From positions 1,408,001 through 1,472,000 of the forward strand of contig CBDETY010000003.1 in NCBI GenBank assembly GCA_965243025.1: DNA of 64,000 bases, given 5' to 3'. Shown here one piece after another: positions 1-11,149 of this stretch; within the stretch, counting starts at the first letter, position 1; each line of letters starts with the position of its first letter. A program made the translations under genes and the position numbers. The notes beneath the pieces were generated by a model. That model worked only from the letters and a program-made list of their open reading frames with translations, had not been told where the DNA came from and ran no database searches. The stretch comes from Candidatus Latescibacterota bacterium (lineage in GTDB: Bacteria > Latescibacterota > UBA2968 > UBA8231).

Positions 1-1059
1 TCGGTCGACGACATCGACAACGCCCCGGAAGAGAAGCAGCGAGGGGTTACGATCAACGTTTCCCATCAGGAGTACGAGACCGAATCGCGTCATTACGCCC
101 ACGTAGACTGTCCCGGCCACGCGGACTACATAAAGAACATGATCACCGGCGCCGCCCAGATGGATGGCGCGATTCTCGTGGTCAGCGCCGCCGATGGACC
201 CATGATTCAGACCCGGGAACACATACTCCTGGCCCGGCAGGTAAACGTTCCGCGGATCGTCGTCTATATGAACAAGGTCGACATGGTCGATGACCCCGAG
301 CTTCTGGATCTCGTCGAACTGGAAACCCGGGAACTGCTGTCGGAATACGATTTTCCGGGTGATGACATTCCCGTCGTGCGTGGATCCGCCCTGAAAGCCG
401 TGGAAGGGGAGGACAGCGAGATCGGCACCGGGTCGATCGAGGAGTTGATGCAGCACGTCGACGATTACATCCCGATGCCGGAGAGACCTGTCGACCAGCC
501 CTTCCTGATGCCGATCGAGGATGTATTCAGCATCACCGGCCGCGGAACCGTAGGTACCGGCCGCATCGAGCGCGGCCGCGTCAAGACCGGAGAGGATGTC
601 GAAATCGTCGGCATCAAGGAAACCCGGAAGACGGTGTGCACCGGGGTGGAGATGTTCCGCAAGATTCTGGATGAGGGAGAGGCGGGCGACAACGTCGGAC
701 TGCTTCTCCGCGGCGTTGAAAAAGAGGAGCTTTTGCGCGGCATGGTGCTCTGCCAGCCCGCTAGTATTACTCCCCACACCAAATTCAAGGCGGAGGTGTA
801 CGTGCTGACGGCCAAGGAAGGCGGCCGCGAGAAGCCGTTCTTCACCGGGTACCGGCCGCAGTTCTATTTCCGCACGACCGACGTTACTGGAGCGATCACC
901 CTGCCGGAAGGAACGGAGATGGTAATGCCAGGCGACAACGTAACTATGGATGTCGACCTGACTCCCGTTCCCATCGCGATCGAAGAGCAGTTGCGCTTCG
1001 CGATCCGCGAAGGCGGCCGCACGATCGGTTCGGGAGTCGTGGTCAGCATCGCCGAATAG
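1..1059 (+). CDS. tuf: Elongation factor Tu (5' truncated by window edge)
   Basis: Frame open from base 1 ([42 protein letters not shown]), [22 protein letters not shown] motifs. Confidence 0.99.
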   Translation, partial: SVDDIDNAPEEKQRGVTINVSHQEYETESRHYAHVDCPGHADYIKNMITGAAQMDGAILVVSAADGPMIQTREHILLARQVNVPRIVVYMNKVDMVDDPELLDLVELETRELLSEYDFPGDDIPVVRGSALKAVEGEDSEIGTGSIEELMQHVDDYIPMPERPVDQPFLMPIEDVFSITGRGTVGTGRIERGRVKTGEDVEIVGIKETRKTVCTGVEMFRKILDEGEAGDNVGLLLRGVEKEELLRGMVLCQPASITPHTKFKAEVYVLTAKEGGREKPFFTGYRPQFYFRTTDVTGAITLPEGTEMVMPGDNVTMDVDLTPVPIAIEEQLRFAIREGGRTIGSGVVVSIAE

Positions 1060-1087
1060 GGCGGACAAGGGACGGACGGGACTCCCC

Positions 1088-1396
1088 GTGGCAATAGATC
1101 GAATACGCATACGCTTGAAGGCCTACGACCATGCCGCTTTGGACAGGTCTGTCGACGAAATCGTTCAGACAGTCAGGCGAAGCGGTGCGCGAATTGCCGG
1201 CCCGGTTCCCCTGCCTACCGACAGGACGGTTTACACCGTGCTGCGCGGTCCGCACGTCGACAAGAAGTCCCGTGAGCAGTTCGAGACGCGTATTCACAAA
1301 CGCCTGATCGACATCTACGATTCGACCCCGCAAACCGTCGATTCCCTGATGAAGCTCGATCTGCCCGCCGGAATCGGCATCGATATCAAGGTCTGA
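1088..1396 (+). CDS. rpsJ: 30S ribosomal protein S10
   Basis: [29 protein letters not shown]; GTG start. Confidence 0.98.
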   Translation: MAIDRIRIRLKAYDHAALDRSVDEIVQTVRRSGARIAGPVPLPTDRTVYTVLRGPHVDKKSREQFETRIHKRLIDIYDSTPQTVDSLMKLDLPAGIGIDIKV

Positions 1397-1403
1397 GGAC
1401 AGG

Positions 1404-2045
1404 TTGGCGGTGAAAACAAGTGTCGAGGTGGTAAATATCGATGGCGGGAAAGCCGGCACTGTCGAACTTCCGGAACACTTGTTTGGTGCCGAGGTCAACG
1501 AGAACGCCGTCTACAGCGCAGTGGTTGCGTACGAAACCCACCAACGACAAGGTACCGCCTCCACGAAAACCCGTTCGGAGGTCAATCGTACCGGGCGAAA
1601 GCACCACCGCCAAAAGGGAACCGGCCAGGCTCGACGGGGGACGGCGGCCACCAATCTGCTTCGCGGGGGCGGCGTGGCTTTCGGCCCCAAGCCGCGGTCC
1701 TATTCTCATAAGCTGACCAAGCAGCTGAAGAGGAAAGCGTTTTCTTCGGCGTTGACGCGGAAAAGTCGAGATGGACGGCTTGTCGTTGTCCAGGATTTCG
1801 AGTTTTCCGAGCCAAGTACCAAGTCTTTTGTCCGGGTGCTCGGCGCGGTCGGCCTCGAGGGAGAAAAAGTGCTTTTTGTGACCCCCCAAAGCCGGGAGAC
1901 ACTGGTCAAATCCTGCCGCAATATTCCAGGCATTGAAATAAGGCCTGCGAATAACGTTTCGACCTATGACGTGGTTTCGGCCAGTACCGTGTTGATGACG
2001 GAGAAGGCGGTTGCCGCACTTGCGGGAATTCACTCGGGCAAATGA
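1404..2045 (+). CDS. rplD: 50S ribosomal protein L4 (TTG at 1404 or the next in-frame GTG)
   Basis: [35 protein letters not shown]. Confidence 0.97.
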   Translation: MAVKTSVEVVNIDGGKAGTVELPEHLFGAEVNENAVYSAVVAYETHQRQGTASTKTRSEVNRTGRKHHRQKGTGQARRGTAATNLLRGGGVAFGPKPRSYSHKLTKQLKRKAFSSALTRKSRDGRLVVVQDFEFSEPSTKSFVRVLGAVGLEGEKVLFVTPQSRETLVKSCRNIPGIEIRPANNVSTYDVVSASTVLMTEKAVAALAGIHSGK

Positions 2046-2329
2046 CAAATCCACGCACTGTATTACATGCCCCGGTGGTCACCGAAAAGGCGACGAATCT
2101 GCGCGATCGCAACACCTATACCTTCAAGGTCGATCGCCGGGCCAACAAGATCCAGATTCGGAACGCGATCGAATCGATCTTCGATGTCAGAGTCCAATCG
2201 GTCAGGGTCGTGAACGTTCGTCGCAAGCCGAAGCGGCAAGGGATGTTTGCAGGTTCCACCAGTGCGTGGAAAAAAGCCTACATAACCTTGCGGGCGGGCG
2301 ACACCATCGAATTCCTCGAGGCCGTATAA
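2042..2329 (+). CDS. rplW: 50S ribosomal protein L23
   Basis: [26 protein letters not shown]. Confidence 0.97.
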   Translation: MTNPRTVLHAPVVTEKATNLRDRNTYTFKVDRRANKIQIRNAIESIFDVRVQSVRVVNVRRKPKRQGMFAGSTSAWKKAYITLRAGDTIEFLEAV

Positions 2330-3159
2330 TGGCTGTCAAGAGATTCAGACCGACTACGCCGACGCAGCGCTACAAGACGGTCAATTCCTTTGAGGATGTG
2401 ACTGCGTCTTCCCCCGAGAAGAGCCTGACATCAGCCCTGTCGAAAAGCGGGGGGCGCAATAACCGTGGCCGCATAACGATGCGCCGCCGCGGAGGCGGCC
2501 ACAAACGACGCTACCGGATTGTCGACTTCAAGCGCGACAAGGATGGGGTGGAAGGGAAGGTGGCGACGATAGAATACGATCCGAATCGCTCGGCATTCAT
2601 TGCGTTGATCTTCTACCGTGACGGGGAAAAGCGATACATCCTCGCTCCGCAGGGGCTGAAGGTTGGCAGCCCGGTTAATTCGGGCCCGGAGGCTCCCATC
2701 GCTGTCGGGAATGCATTGCCCTTGTCGAGGATCCCAGTCGGGTCGACAGTTCACAATATCGAGCTGAATCCCGGGCAGGGCGCACGTCTGGCCCGTAGCG
2801 CAGGGGTCGGGGTTCAGCTCATGACCAGGGACGAACGCCGGGCGCAGCTGAGGATGCCGTCAGGCGAAATTCGCGAGGTCCCGGTCCAGTGTCGGGCTAC
2901 CCTGGGCCAAGTCGGGAATACCGACCACGGCAACGTGGTTCTCGGGAAGGCGGGCAGGTCGCGCTGGCTTGGAAGGCGGCCCAAGGTTCGCGGGGTGGTT
3001 ATGAATCCAGTCGATCATCCCCACGGGGGGGGCGAAGGCAAGTCGTCGGGAGGGAGACACCCCGTGACTCCGTGGGGCAAGCCTACCAAGGGATGCAAGA
3101 CTCGTCGCAGGGGCAAGAAGTCGGATCCCTGGATAGTCCGGCGGCGTGGAGTCAAGTAG
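2329..3159 (+). CDS. rplB: 50S ribosomal protein L2
   Basis: ATG overlaps rplW stop (TAATG); [35 protein letters not shown]. Confidence 0.98.
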   Translation: MAVKRFRPTTPTQRYKTVNSFEDVTASSPEKSLTSALSKSGGRNNRGRITMRRRGGGHKRRYRIVDFKRDKDGVEGKVATIEYDPNRSAFIALIFYRDGEKRYILAPQGLKVGSPVNSGPEAPIAVGNALPLSRIPVGSTVHNIELNPGQGARLARSAGVGVQLMTRDERRAQLRMPSGEIREVPVQCRATLGQVGNTDHGNVVLGKAGRSRWLGRRPKVRGVVMNPVDHPHGGGEGKSSGGRHPVTPWGKPTKGCKTRRRGKKSDPWIVRRRGVK

Positions 3160-3183
3160 CCTCAGTCAGGCAGAAAGACAGAA

Positions 3184-3471
3184 ATGGCCAGATCGGTAAA
3201 AAAGGGCCCGTTTGTAGACGACAAGCTGGCTGCCAGAATCGAAGACCTGAACCGGACCGGCGAAAAGAAGGTTCTGCAGACCTGGTCCAGGCGGTCTACG
3301 ATCACTCCTGATTTTCTAGGGCATACGCTGGCGGTTCACAACGGCAACAAGTTCATTCCGGTCTATATCACCGAGAATATGGTGGGGCACAAGCTCGGGG
3401 AGTTTGCACCGACCAGGACTTTTCGAGGTCACGGCGGCCGGACAACCGAGCGCACCACCGGAGTCCGTTGA
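3184..3471 (+). CDS. rpsS: 30S ribosomal protein S19
   Basis: [32 protein letters not shown]. Confidence 0.98.
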   Translation: MARSVKKGPFVDDKLAARIEDLNRTGEKKVLQTWSRRSTITPDFLGHTLAVHNGNKFIPVYITENMVGHKLGEFAPTRTFRGHGGRTTERTTGVR

Positions 3472-3479
3472 GAATCCCG

Positions 3480-3869
3480 ATGCAAGCGAGAGCTGTTGCC
3501 AGGCAGGTGGGCGTGCCGGCCACCAAGGTACGCCAGGTGATCGACCTGATCCGCAACCGGCCTGTTGAAGAGGCGCTTACAATTCTCAGGTTTTCAAACA
3601 GAGCGGTAGCGGGAACCATCGAAAAGACCCTGCGCTCGGCCATTTCCAACGCCGTTAACCAGGACGAAGAGAACCCGGTCGACGCCGGCGACCTGATCGT
3701 CCAATCGGTTTTCGCCGACGAAGGGCGAGACCTGAAACGGATCAGGCCTCGCGCCCGCGGCGCTGCTCATCGAATCCGCAAGCGCCACAGCCACATTACC
3801 GTCGTCGTCACGGACGAGACTGATCCCGGGAGCAGCCGGGCAAACGAAATCGAAAAGGGGCAGGAATAG
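3480..3869 (+). CDS. rplV: 50S ribosomal protein L22
   Basis: KVRQVIDLIR, RPRARGAAHRIRKRHSHITVVV; position after rpsS. Confidence 0.96.
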   Translation: MQARAVARQVGVPATKVRQVIDLIRNRPVEEALTILRFSNRAVAGTIEKTLRSAISNAVNQDEENPVDAGDLIVQSVFADEGRDLKRIRPRARGAAHRIRKRHSHITVVVTDETDPGSSRANEIEKGQE

Positions 3870-4541
3870 TTGGGGCAGAAAACACATCCATACGGATTCA
3901 GGCTGGGCATCATCAAGGGATGGCGATCCAACTGGTTTACCGACAGGGAATACCCGGAACTCCTCAAGGAGGACCTGATGCTTCGTCGGTACATCCATCA
4001 ACGCCTGCAAAGAGCCGGTGTCTCTCGTATCAACATCGAACGCCGTCCCAAGAGAGTTACAATCGAGGTGTTCACGGCGCGTCCGGGAATTGCCATCGGT
4101 CGTCGGGGCGCGGAGGTGGACAAGCTGAGGGACGAATTGAAGCAGCTGACCGCAAAGGATGTGTCGCTGAATATCCAGGAAGTGAAGAAGCCGGAACTCG
4201 ATGCCCAGCTTGTCGCGGACAACCTCGCCCGCCAACTCGAACAGAGAGTCGCATTTCGCCGCGCTCTCAAGAAGTCGGTGGCTTCGTCGATGCGCATGGG
4301 TGCGGAGGGAATCCGGATTGTTTGCTCAGGCCGCATCGGTGGAGCCGAGATGTCCCGGCGCGAGCGTTCCGAGCCCGCGGGGAGGGTTCCACTGCACACC
4401 CTCCGGGCCGACATCGATTACGCCACCGCCACCGCATTCACGATATCGGGTACGGTTGGGGTGAAGGTCTGGATCTGTCATGGAGAAGTCGTCGAGGAAG
4501 ACGAAATGGCCAGCGACGCCATAGGCCAGAGACAGGGATAG
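3870..4541 (+). CDS. rpsC: 30S ribosomal protein S3
   Basis: [25 protein letters not shown] motif, [14 protein letters not shown]; TTG start. Confidence 0.98.
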   Translation: MGQKTHPYGFRLGIIKGWRSNWFTDREYPELLKEDLMLRRYIHQRLQRAGVSRINIERRPKRVTIEVFTARPGIAIGRRGAEVDKLRDELKQLTAKDVSLNIQEVKKPELDAQLVADNLARQLEQRVAFRRALKKSVASSMRMGAEGIRIVCSGRIGGAEMSRRERSEPAGRVPLHTLRADIDYATATAFTISGTVGVKVWICHGEVVEEDEMASDAIGQRQG

Positions 4542-4551
4542 GGTCAGACCC

Positions 4552-4968
4552 GTGTTGATGCCGAAAAAAACGGAATGGCGCAAGCAGAACCGTGGCCGCA
4601 TGAGAGGACAGAGCAAGGGTGGGGCCATGGTTTCGTTCGGGGAGTTCGGCCTCAAGGCGCTCGAACCGGGATGGATCAGCAACCGACAGATCGAGGCTGC
4701 CCGAATCGCGATCAGCCGGGCCATGAGTCGAACCGGAAAGATGTGGATTCGCGTTTTTCCCGATAAGCCGATTACCAAGAAACCAGCCGAAACCAGGATG
4801 GGAAAAGGAAAGGGAGCTCCCGAAGGTTGGGTCGCGGTGGTAAAACCTGGCCGCATCATGTTTGAGCTGTCGGGTGTTCCTCTGGAAATGGCCAAGGAAG
4901 CCTTGCGGAAGGCTGGAAACAAACTGCCGATCAGGACAAAATTCGTCGAGAGGACTGGCGGGGTTTGA
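4552..4968 (+). CDS. rplP: 50S ribosomal protein L16
   Basis: [24 protein letters not shown]. Confidence 0.98.
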   Translation: MLMPKKTEWRKQNRGRMRGQSKGGAMVSFGEFGLKALEPGWISNRQIEAARIAISRAMSRTGKMWIRVFPDKPITKKPAETRMGKGKGAPEGWVAVVKPGRIMFELSGVPLEMAKEALRKAGNKLPIRTKFVERTGGV

Positions 4969-5201
4969 AAGCGGGTGAACTGAGAGAGCAGAATGTCGGG
5001 GAATTGACCCGGCGCCTGGATGAGCTGACCGAGGAGCGTTTCAATCTCAGGTTCCAGCATGCCCTGGGTCAGTTGAGCAGTCCGATCAGGTTGCGGGAGG
5101 TGAGGCGTGAACTCGCAATTGTGCGCACTGTATTGCGCGAGCATTTCCTGGGAATCCGCGTGCTTCCCTCGGGCTCGGAAGAAAAAGCGGGCAACGGATA
5201 A
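4965..5201 (+). CDS. rpmC: 50S ribosomal protein L29
   Basis: [26 protein letters not shown]; position. Confidence 0.95.
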   Translation: MKAGELREQNVGELTRRLDELTEERFNLRFQHALGQLSSPIRLREVRRELAIVRTVLREHFLGIRVLPSGSEEKAGNG

Positions 5202-5245
5202 GAACCCATGCAAAGTAGAACTACCAGCCTCTTTGTGAGAGACAA

Positions 5246-5518
5246 ATGAGAAAAGCAGGGGACAGAGGCGGTCGGATATTCGAAGGCACTATCGTGCGCG
5301 CGCGGAATGACAAGACTCGCGTCGTTCAGATCGATCAACGTTTGACGAACACTCTGTATGGACGTCGCATAAAGCGGATTGCAAAATTCGTTGCCCACGA
5401 TGAAAAGAACCAATCCGAAGTCGGCGACGTAGTGCGCATTCGTGAAACCCGACCCTTGAGCCGCACGAAGCGATGGAGACTGGTCGAGATAATTAAAAAA
5501 GCCCAGGCTGGAAAGTGA
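5246..5518 (+). CDS. rpsQ: 30S ribosomal protein S17 (divergent)
   Basis: DKT, AHDEKN..VGDVVRIRETRPLSRTKRWRL. Confidence 0.95.
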   Translation: MRKAGDRGGRIFEGTIVRARNDKTRVVQIDQRLTNTLYGRRIKRIAKFVAHDEKNQSEVGDVVRIRETRPLSRTKRWRLVEIIKKAQAGK

Positions 5519-5541
5519 ATGGTTGAAGAGGTCATTACACA

Positions 5542-5910
5542 ATGGTAAGGGAATATTCGGTCCTCAGGATGGCGGACAACGCCGGCGCGCGACGGGCCAG
5601 GTGTATCCGCGTTTTGGGCGGTTCGCGGAAACGCTACGCCGGAGTCGGCGACATGGTTGTCGTGGCAGTGCACGACGTGACTCCCAACGGACCTCTGAAA
5701 GAAGGGGATGTCTGCCGGGCTGTAGTCGTGCGCACAAAGAAGGAGTTCCGTCGGCCGGACGGTTCCTACATCCGCTTCGACGACAATGCCGCTGTCCTTC
5801 TCGACACCAACAATGAACCGCGCGGGACTCGCATTTTCGGTCCCGTGGCTCGCGAGCTGAGAGACCGCCAATTCATGCGCATCGTCTCCTTGGCCCCGGA
5901 AGTGGTATAG
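5542..5910 (+). CDS. rplN: 50S ribosomal protein L14
   Basis: [41 protein letters not shown]. Confidence 0.98.
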   Translation: MVREYSVLRMADNAGARRARCIRVLGGSRKRYAGVGDMVVVAVHDVTPNGPLKEGDVCRAVVVRTKKEFRRPDGSYIRFDDNAAVLLDTNNEPRGTRIFGPVARELRDRQFMRIVSLAPEVV

Positions 5911-6060
5911 GCATGTCGGTCTCGGCCAATCACCCGTTTCCCTGGCTCCTGGGTATCGCGGATTTTTCCTCTCTCGACCCCTACTTGGGTTTTGCGCTCC
6001 GGGACCCTGGGTTCGGGAGTGCCCACCGGGTATTCCCTGGAACTGAACGAGGGCTTTGAC

Positions 6061-6378
6061 ATGCACTTCCGAGAGGGGGATACGGTTGAGGTCATTAGCG
6101 GCAACGAGAAGGGAAGGAGGGGCAGGGTGCTGAAGGTCTTCCGCGAGACGGATCGCCTGATCGTTGAAGGCATACGCATGATGAAAAAACACACCAAACC
6201 GACTCAACGGGATCCGCAAGGCGGAATCGTGGAGCGCGAAGCATCGATCCATGCTTCGAGCGTCATGATTGTTTGTCCCCAAACGGACCGGCCGACGCGA
6301 GTACGAAAGCAGCGTCTTGAAGATGGCCGAAGCATGCGGGTATCGGCTCGCAGTGGCGAAATGATTGACTCGGAGTGA
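6061..6378 (+). CDS. rplX: 50S ribosomal protein L24
   Basis: KOW motif [26 protein letters not shown]; ATG at 6061 after GAGGG. Confidence 0.96.
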   Translation: MHFREGDTVEVISGNEKGRRGRVLKVFRETDRLIVEGIRMMKKHTKPTQRDPQGGIVEREASIHASSVMIVCPQTDRPTRVRKQRLEDGRSMRVSARSGEMIDSE

Positions 6379-6382
6379 CGGG

Positions 6383-6922
6383 ATGTCCAGGCTGAAGGAA
6401 GAATATCGGAAGCGCATCATCCCGGCCATGCGCGAAAAGTTCGATTACAAGAACGTCAACCAGGTGCCGGAACTGGAGAAGATTGTCGTCAACGCCGGCG
6501 TTGGTGAAGCGGCCCAGGAATCGAAGCTTCTCGACAACGTCGTTGCCGAACTGACCGCAATCACCGGCCAACGGGCGACGGTTCGCAGGGCGAGAAAAGC
6601 TATCTCCAACTTCAAGCTGCGGCAGGGTATGCCCGTCGGTGCAATGGTCACTTTGCGCCGCGAAATCATGTACGAATTTCTCGATCGCCTCGTGAACTTC
6701 GCGCTTCCCCAGGTGAGGGATTTTCGCGGTTTGTCGAACCGCAGTTTCGACGGTCGTGGAAACTACACGCTCGGCATCAGAGAGCAGATCATTTTTCCGG
6801 AGATCGATTACGACGCGATTGATCGCATTCGGGGAATGGATATAACAATCGTCACCTCCGCATCAACCGACGAAGAAGCCCTCGAACTTCTGCGGCAGTT
6901 CGGGGCCCCGTTCAGCAACTGA
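6383..6922 (+). CDS. rplE: 50S ribosomal protein L5
   Basis: [37 protein letters not shown]. Confidence 0.98.
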   Translation: MSRLKEEYRKRIIPAMREKFDYKNVNQVPELEKIVVNAGVGEAAQESKLLDNVVAELTAITGQRATVRRARKAISNFKLRQGMPVGAMVTLRREIMYEFLDRLVNFALPQVRDFRGLSNRSFDGRGNYTLGIREQIIFPEIDYDAIDRIRGMDITIVTSASTDEEALELLRQFGAPFSN

Positions 6923-6948
6923 TCGAAACGAGAGGAAACGATTAGCGA

Positions 6949-7134
6949 ATGCCGAAAAAGTGCCTCCTGATAAAGGCCGCCCGCGAACCGAAATTCAAGG
7001 TGAGAAAATATACTCGCTGCCAGCGCTGTGGCCGCCCCCGCGGCGTTTATCGCAAGTTCGGATTATGCCGGATCTGTTTCCGAGAGCTTGCCTTGCAGGG
7101 CGAGATTCCCGGTGTGACCAAGGCGAGCTGGTAG
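6949..7134 (+). CDS. rpsN: 30S ribosomal protein S14, short zinc-binding (C+) type
   Basis: 61 aa, [24 protein letters not shown]. Confidence 0.98.
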   Translation: MPKKCLLIKAAREPKFKVRKYTRCQRCGRPRGVYRKFGLCRICFRELALQGEIPGVTKASW

Positions 7135-7143
7135 GGAATTGCG

Positions 7144-7542
7144 ATGAGTATGACCGATCCGATAGCGGACCTTCTGACGCGGATCCGCAATGCGTGCGGA
7201 GCGAAACACTCGCGAGTCGACGTTCCGGCCTCGAAGCTCAAGAGGGAAATCGCCCGCGTCCTTGCTGAAGAAAGGTTTATCGACAACTTCGCGTTTTTCG
7301 AAGACGGCAAACAAGGGCAGCTACGCCTGTACCTTCGCTACGGCGAGGACTCGGTAAGCGTGATCCAGGGGTTGCGCAGAGTCAGCAAGCCGGGACTGAG
7401 ACAATACTCGACCAAGGGGAAAATCCCGCGCGTTCGCAACGGATTGGGTATATCGATCCTCTCAACCTCGCGTGGCGTAATGACTGACAGGGATGCGCGC
7501 AAGACGGGTGTCGGTGGTGAGATCCTCTGCAGCGTCTGGTAG
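7144..7542 (+). CDS. rpsH: 30S ribosomal protein S8
   Basis: TDPIADLLTRIRN, RVSKPGLR, STSRGVMT, GGEILCSVW. Confidence 0.98.
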   Translation: MSMTDPIADLLTRIRNACGAKHSRVDVPASKLKREIARVLAEERFIDNFAFFEDGKQGQLRLYLRYGEDSVSVIQGLRRVSKPGLRQYSTKGKIPRVRNGLGISILSTSRGVMTDRDARKTGVGGEILCSVW

Positions 7543-7584
7543 CATGGGAATGGACGGGCAAGAAGAAATCCGGAGGGCAGGAAG

Positions 7585-8142
7585 ATGTCTCGGGTAGGCA
7601 AACAACCGATCGAGCTCCCGCACGGGGTCGAGGTAGCGGTAACCCCGCCGGAGGTCAGAGTAAAAGGCCCAAAAGGAGAGCTTAACGTAGGCTATCGAGC
7701 AGAAAGAATAACCGTCGAGGCCCGCGAGTCCAAAGTCGTTGTCACCAGAGACTCGGACGAGAAGGAGTCGAAGGCTTTGCACGGGCTCACCCGATCCCTT
7801 ATCGCCAATGCCGTTGTCGGTGTGACCGCCGGGTATCAAAAGTTCCTCGATGTACATGGTGTAGGATTTCGCGCCGAACAGCGGGGAAGGAAGCTGACTC
7901 TTCATATCGGCTACTCCCACACCGTGGAATACGAGGCCCCCGAAGGTGTCGAGGTCAACGTCGTCGATCCAACTGGCGGCGCCCAGGCGAGGATCTCCAT
8001 CTCGGGTATAGACAAACAGAAGGTGGGGCAGGTAACGTCCGAGATTCGCAAAAAGCGCCTTCCCGATCCCTACAAGGGCAAAGGCATTCGCTACGAAGGC
8101 GAGGTCATCCACTGGAAGGCCGGAAAAGCCGCTGTCGCCTAG
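7585..8142 (+). CDS. rplF: 50S ribosomal protein L6
   Basis: MSRVGKQPI, VKGPKGEL, GYSH, PYKGKGIRY. Confidence 0.98.
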   Translation: MSRVGKQPIELPHGVEVAVTPPEVRVKGPKGELNVGYRAERITVEARESKVVVTRDSDEKESKALHGLTRSLIANAVVGVTAGYQKFLDVHGVGFRAEQRGRKLTLHIGYSHTVEYEAPEGVEVNVVDPTGGAQARISISGIDKQKVGQVTSEIRKKRLPDPYKGKGIRYEGEVIHWKAGKAAVA

Positions 8143-8157
8143 GAGGGACTACCGTAG

Positions 8158-8526
8158 ATGGACACGGGAAAGATTGCCAGGAAAAGAGCCGCACGGGCGC
8201 GCCGGCGCAACCGGGGGCGAAAGAAAGTCGTCGGAACTTCCCAGCGTCCGCGTCTTGTGGTTCACCGGAGCCTGCGCAACATAGAGGCGCAGATCATCGA
8301 CGATCATTCCGGGCATTCCCTCGTGGGAATCTCGACGCTTTCGAAAGGGTTTGAAAAGGACGGAGCCAAGCCGGTGGAAAAAGGTCGCGAACTTGGCAGG
8401 ATGATTGCGGAAAAGGCAAAAGAGCAGGGGATCAACCGCGTGGTTTTCGACCGTGCGGGGTTCCTTTACCACGGCATTGTCAAGGCCGTCGCCGATGGTG
8501 CCCGTGAAGGCGGTTTGAGTTTTTGA
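8158..8526 (+). CDS. rplR: 50S ribosomal protein L18
   Basis: [27 protein letters not shown]. Confidence 0.97.
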   Translation: MDTGKIARKRAARARRRNRGRKKVVGTSQRPRLVVHRSLRNIEAQIIDDHSGHSLVGISTLSKGFEKDGAKPVEKGRELGRMIAEKAKEQGINRVVFDRAGFLYHGIVKAVADGAREGGLSF

Positions 8527-8568
8527 GAAACGACAGGCTGGACAAAGAAAGCGACTGGGGGAATAGAG

Positions 8569-9075
8569 TTGGCGAAGCGAATTGACGCAGGCAATATGGA
8601 ACTTGCGGAAGTGGTCGTACAGAACAGCGTCAGGCGCGTTTCCCACGTAAGGAAGGGAGGCCGGAATTTCAGCTTTTCCGCCATGGTTGTCGTTGGCGAC
8701 CGCAACGGCCATGTCGGTGTGGGCTCGGGGAAAGCCGGGGAGGTGGCGGAAGCGATACGCAAGGGAACGGAAAACGCCAAGAAGAACGTCGTCGAGGTTC
8801 CGGTTGTCGACGGAACCATTCCCCACGAGGTCGTCGGCAAGTTCAGCGCCGCCAAAGTGCTTCTGAAACCAGCATCTCCGGGAACGGGAGTAATTGCCAG
8901 CGGCGGCATTCGAATCGTGCTCGACCTCGCCGGAGTTCACGACATCCTTACCAAATCCCTGGGTTCCTCCAACTCCCAGAATACGATCAAGGCGACGATG
9001 GAGGGCCTTCGCGAACTTCAGGATGTCGAGGCGGTGGCGCGGATGCGGGGGGTCGCGGTCAAAGGCTTGCGATGA
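8569..9075 (+). CDS. rpsE: 30S ribosomal protein S5
   Basis: [32 protein letters not shown]. Confidence 0.97.
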   Translation: MAKRIDAGNMELAEVVVQNSVRRVSHVRKGGRNFSFSAMVVVGDRNGHVGVGSGKAGEVAEAIRKGTENAKKNVVEVPVVDGTIPHEVVGKFSAAKVLLKPASPGTGVIASGGIRIVLDLAGVHDILTKSLGSSNSQNTIKATMEGLRELQDVEAVARMRGVAVKGLR

Positions 9076-9257
9076 AGCTCTCGATCAGGCAAAGAAAAAG
9101 CACCATTGGCAGACCGGGTAAGCAGCATCGGACGCTGCGCGCCCTCGGTATCCGCCGGATGCACCAAGAGGTGTTGCATGAGGACACCCCGCAGATCCGG
9201 GGCATGATTCGGTCGATATCCCATCTCCTGGAAGTCGAGGAGATCGTCAATGGCTGA
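9072..9257 (+). CDS. rpmD: 50S ribosomal protein L30
   Basis: [24 protein letters not shown]. Confidence 0.96.
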   Translation: MKLSIRQRKSTIGRPGKQHRTLRALGIRRMHQEVLHEDTPQIRGMIRSISHLLEVEEIVNG

Positions 9258-9290
9258 ACGTTGAACAGGGAATTGCGAGGTCCTCAGGAA

Positions 9291-9746
9291 ATGGATTTGG
9301 GAAAACTGCATCCGCCGCAAGGGGCGCGTCGTGCGGGAAAGCGCCGCGGCCAGGGAGTGGGGAGTGGCACGGGCAAGACCGCCGGCCGCGGTCACAAAGG
9401 GCAGCGGTCGCGTTCCGGGGCACGGCGCGGGAGCCGCGTCGGGTTCGAGGGCGGACAGATGCCCCTCTACCGCAGGCTTCCCAAAATCGGGTTTTCCAAC
9501 CAGCGATTCCGACGCGTATACCAAGTTGTCAACCTGGCCGGGATCGAGTCCCGTGGTCTCGAGGGAGAGGTGGGTCCTCCGGAGTTGAAAGCGGCCGGTC
9601 TCATTCGCAAAGCGACCCTGCCCGTCAAGATTCTGGGAACGGGAACAGTGGCTCGTCCCTTGACGGTCAGGGCACATGCGTTTTCGAATTCGGCCAGGGA
9701 AAAAATCGCCGCCGCCGGGGGCAGCGCCGAAACCCTGGAAAAATAA
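9291..9746 (+). CDS. rplO: 50S ribosomal protein L15
   Basis: GSGTGKTAGRGHKGQRSRSG, GFEGGQMPLYRRLPKIGF. Confidence 0.97.
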   Translation: MDLGKLHPPQGARRAGKRRGQGVGSGTGKTAGRGHKGQRSRSGARRGSRVGFEGGQMPLYRRLPKIGFSNQRFRRVYQVVNLAGIESRGLEGEVGPPELKAAGLIRKATLPVKILGTGTVARPLTVRAHAFSNSAREKIAAAGGSAETLEK

Positions 9747-9767
9747 GCCCCACCTGACCTGAGCAAC

Positions 9768-11117
9768 ATGCCCGTTCTTCTCGAAAGCTTTCAAAACTGC
9801 TTCAAGATTCCCGACCTGCGGCGGAAGATCCTGTTCACCTGCGGGATTCTCGTCATTTACAGGGTCGGCGGACAGATCACGGTGCCGGGAGTAAACTCCG
9901 CCGTACTGCAGGAGTTCTTCGCTGGCGGGGGCAACACGTTGTTCGGGCTTTACGACATGTTCGTCGGTGGTGCCTTCACGAGGGCGACGGTTTTCGCCCT
10001 TGGTATCATGCCCTATATCAGTGCTTCGATTATCCTGCAGCTGATGGGAGCAGTTGTTCCCTTTTTCCAGAAGCTGCAACGGGAAGGGGAAGAAGGACGC
10101 CGCAAGATAAATCAGTACACCCGCTACGGTACCGTTTTTCTCGCCGCCGCCCAGTCGTTGGGGGTCAGTTACTTCCTCGAGAGCATTCGCGGCCCCGGCT
10201 CGGGGATCGATGCCGTAATAGATCCCGGGATCGGCTTCCGGCTGATGACGATGCTGACGATAACGGCAGGAACCATTTTCATCATGTGGCTCGGTGAACA
10301 GATAACCGAGCGCGGCATCGGTAACGGCATTTCCCTGATCATTTTCGTCGGTATCGTAGCAGAATTGCCCTTCGCAATCAAGAGTGAGTGGCAGAACTAC
10401 CTCCTCAATCGCGGCTTCAGCAAGAGCCTCATCGAAGAATTGTTCCTCGTCGCCCTGATGGTCGTCATTGTCGCCTTCGTGGTGTTGTTGACACAGGGGC
10501 AACGGAAGATACCGGTTCAGTACGCCAAGCGGGTTGTCGGACGGCGGGTTTACGGCGGACAGACGACCCACATTCCGCTACGAATCAACTCCGCCGGGGT
10601 CATCCCGATCATCTTCGCGCAGTCGATCATGTTCCTGCCCGGAACGGTTACCCAGTTTTTTCCGGAAAACGACATGATGCAGTGGCTCGGGGCCTTCTTC
10701 ACCATGGATTCCCTGTTTTACTGGGGCGTTTACGCAACCATGATCGTGTTCTTCTGCTATTTCTATACCGCGATAGTAATGGACCCGAACCAGCTCGCAG
10801 ACAACATGAAACGGCACGGAGGCTTCATACCGGGGGTTCGTCCGGGCAAACGCACGGCGATGTACATCGACCGTATCATGACGCGTATCACGCTTCCAGG
10901 CGCCATCGCTCTCGCGGCGGTTGCAATCTTCCCCTTCTTCGTTACACGCCAGTTTCAGGTTACCCAGTCCTTCTCGCAGTTCTTCGGCGGAACCGGGCTG
11001 CTCATCATTGTCGGGGTCGCTCTCGACACCCTGCAACAACTGGAATCGCAGCTGATGACCCGCCACTACGAGGGCTTCATGAAGGGCGGCGGGAAGATTC
11101 GCGGAAGGCGTCAGTGA
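9768..11117 (+). CDS. secY: Preprotein translocase subunit SecY
   Basis: ALGIMPYISASII, WLGEQITERGIGNGISL, GVIPIIFA, IPGVRPG, GGTGLLI. Confidence 0.99.
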   Translation: MPVLLESFQNCFKIPDLRRKILFTCGILVIYRVGGQITVPGVNSAVLQEFFAGGGNTLFGLYDMFVGGAFTRATVFALGIMPYISASIILQLMGAVVPFFQKLQREGEEGRRKINQYTRYGTVFLAAAQSLGVSYFLESIRGPGSGIDAVIDPGIGFRLMTMLTITAGTIFIMWLGEQITERGIGNGISLIIFVGIVAELPFAIKSEWQNYLLNRGFSKSLIEELFLVALMVVIVAFVVLLTQGQRKIPVQYAKRVVGRRVYGGQTTHIPLRINSAGVIPIIFAQSIMFLPGTVTQFFPENDMMQWLGAFFTMDSLFYWGVYATMIVFFCYFYTAIVMDPNQLADNMKRHGGFIPGVRPGKRTAMYIDRIMTRITLPGAIALAAVAIFPFFVTRQFQVTQSFSQFFGGTGLLIIVGVALDTLQQLESQLMTRHYEGFMKGGGKIRGRRQ

Positions 11118-11149
11118 GGGGATAACCAGGTTAACTTCAAGGTAGGGAA

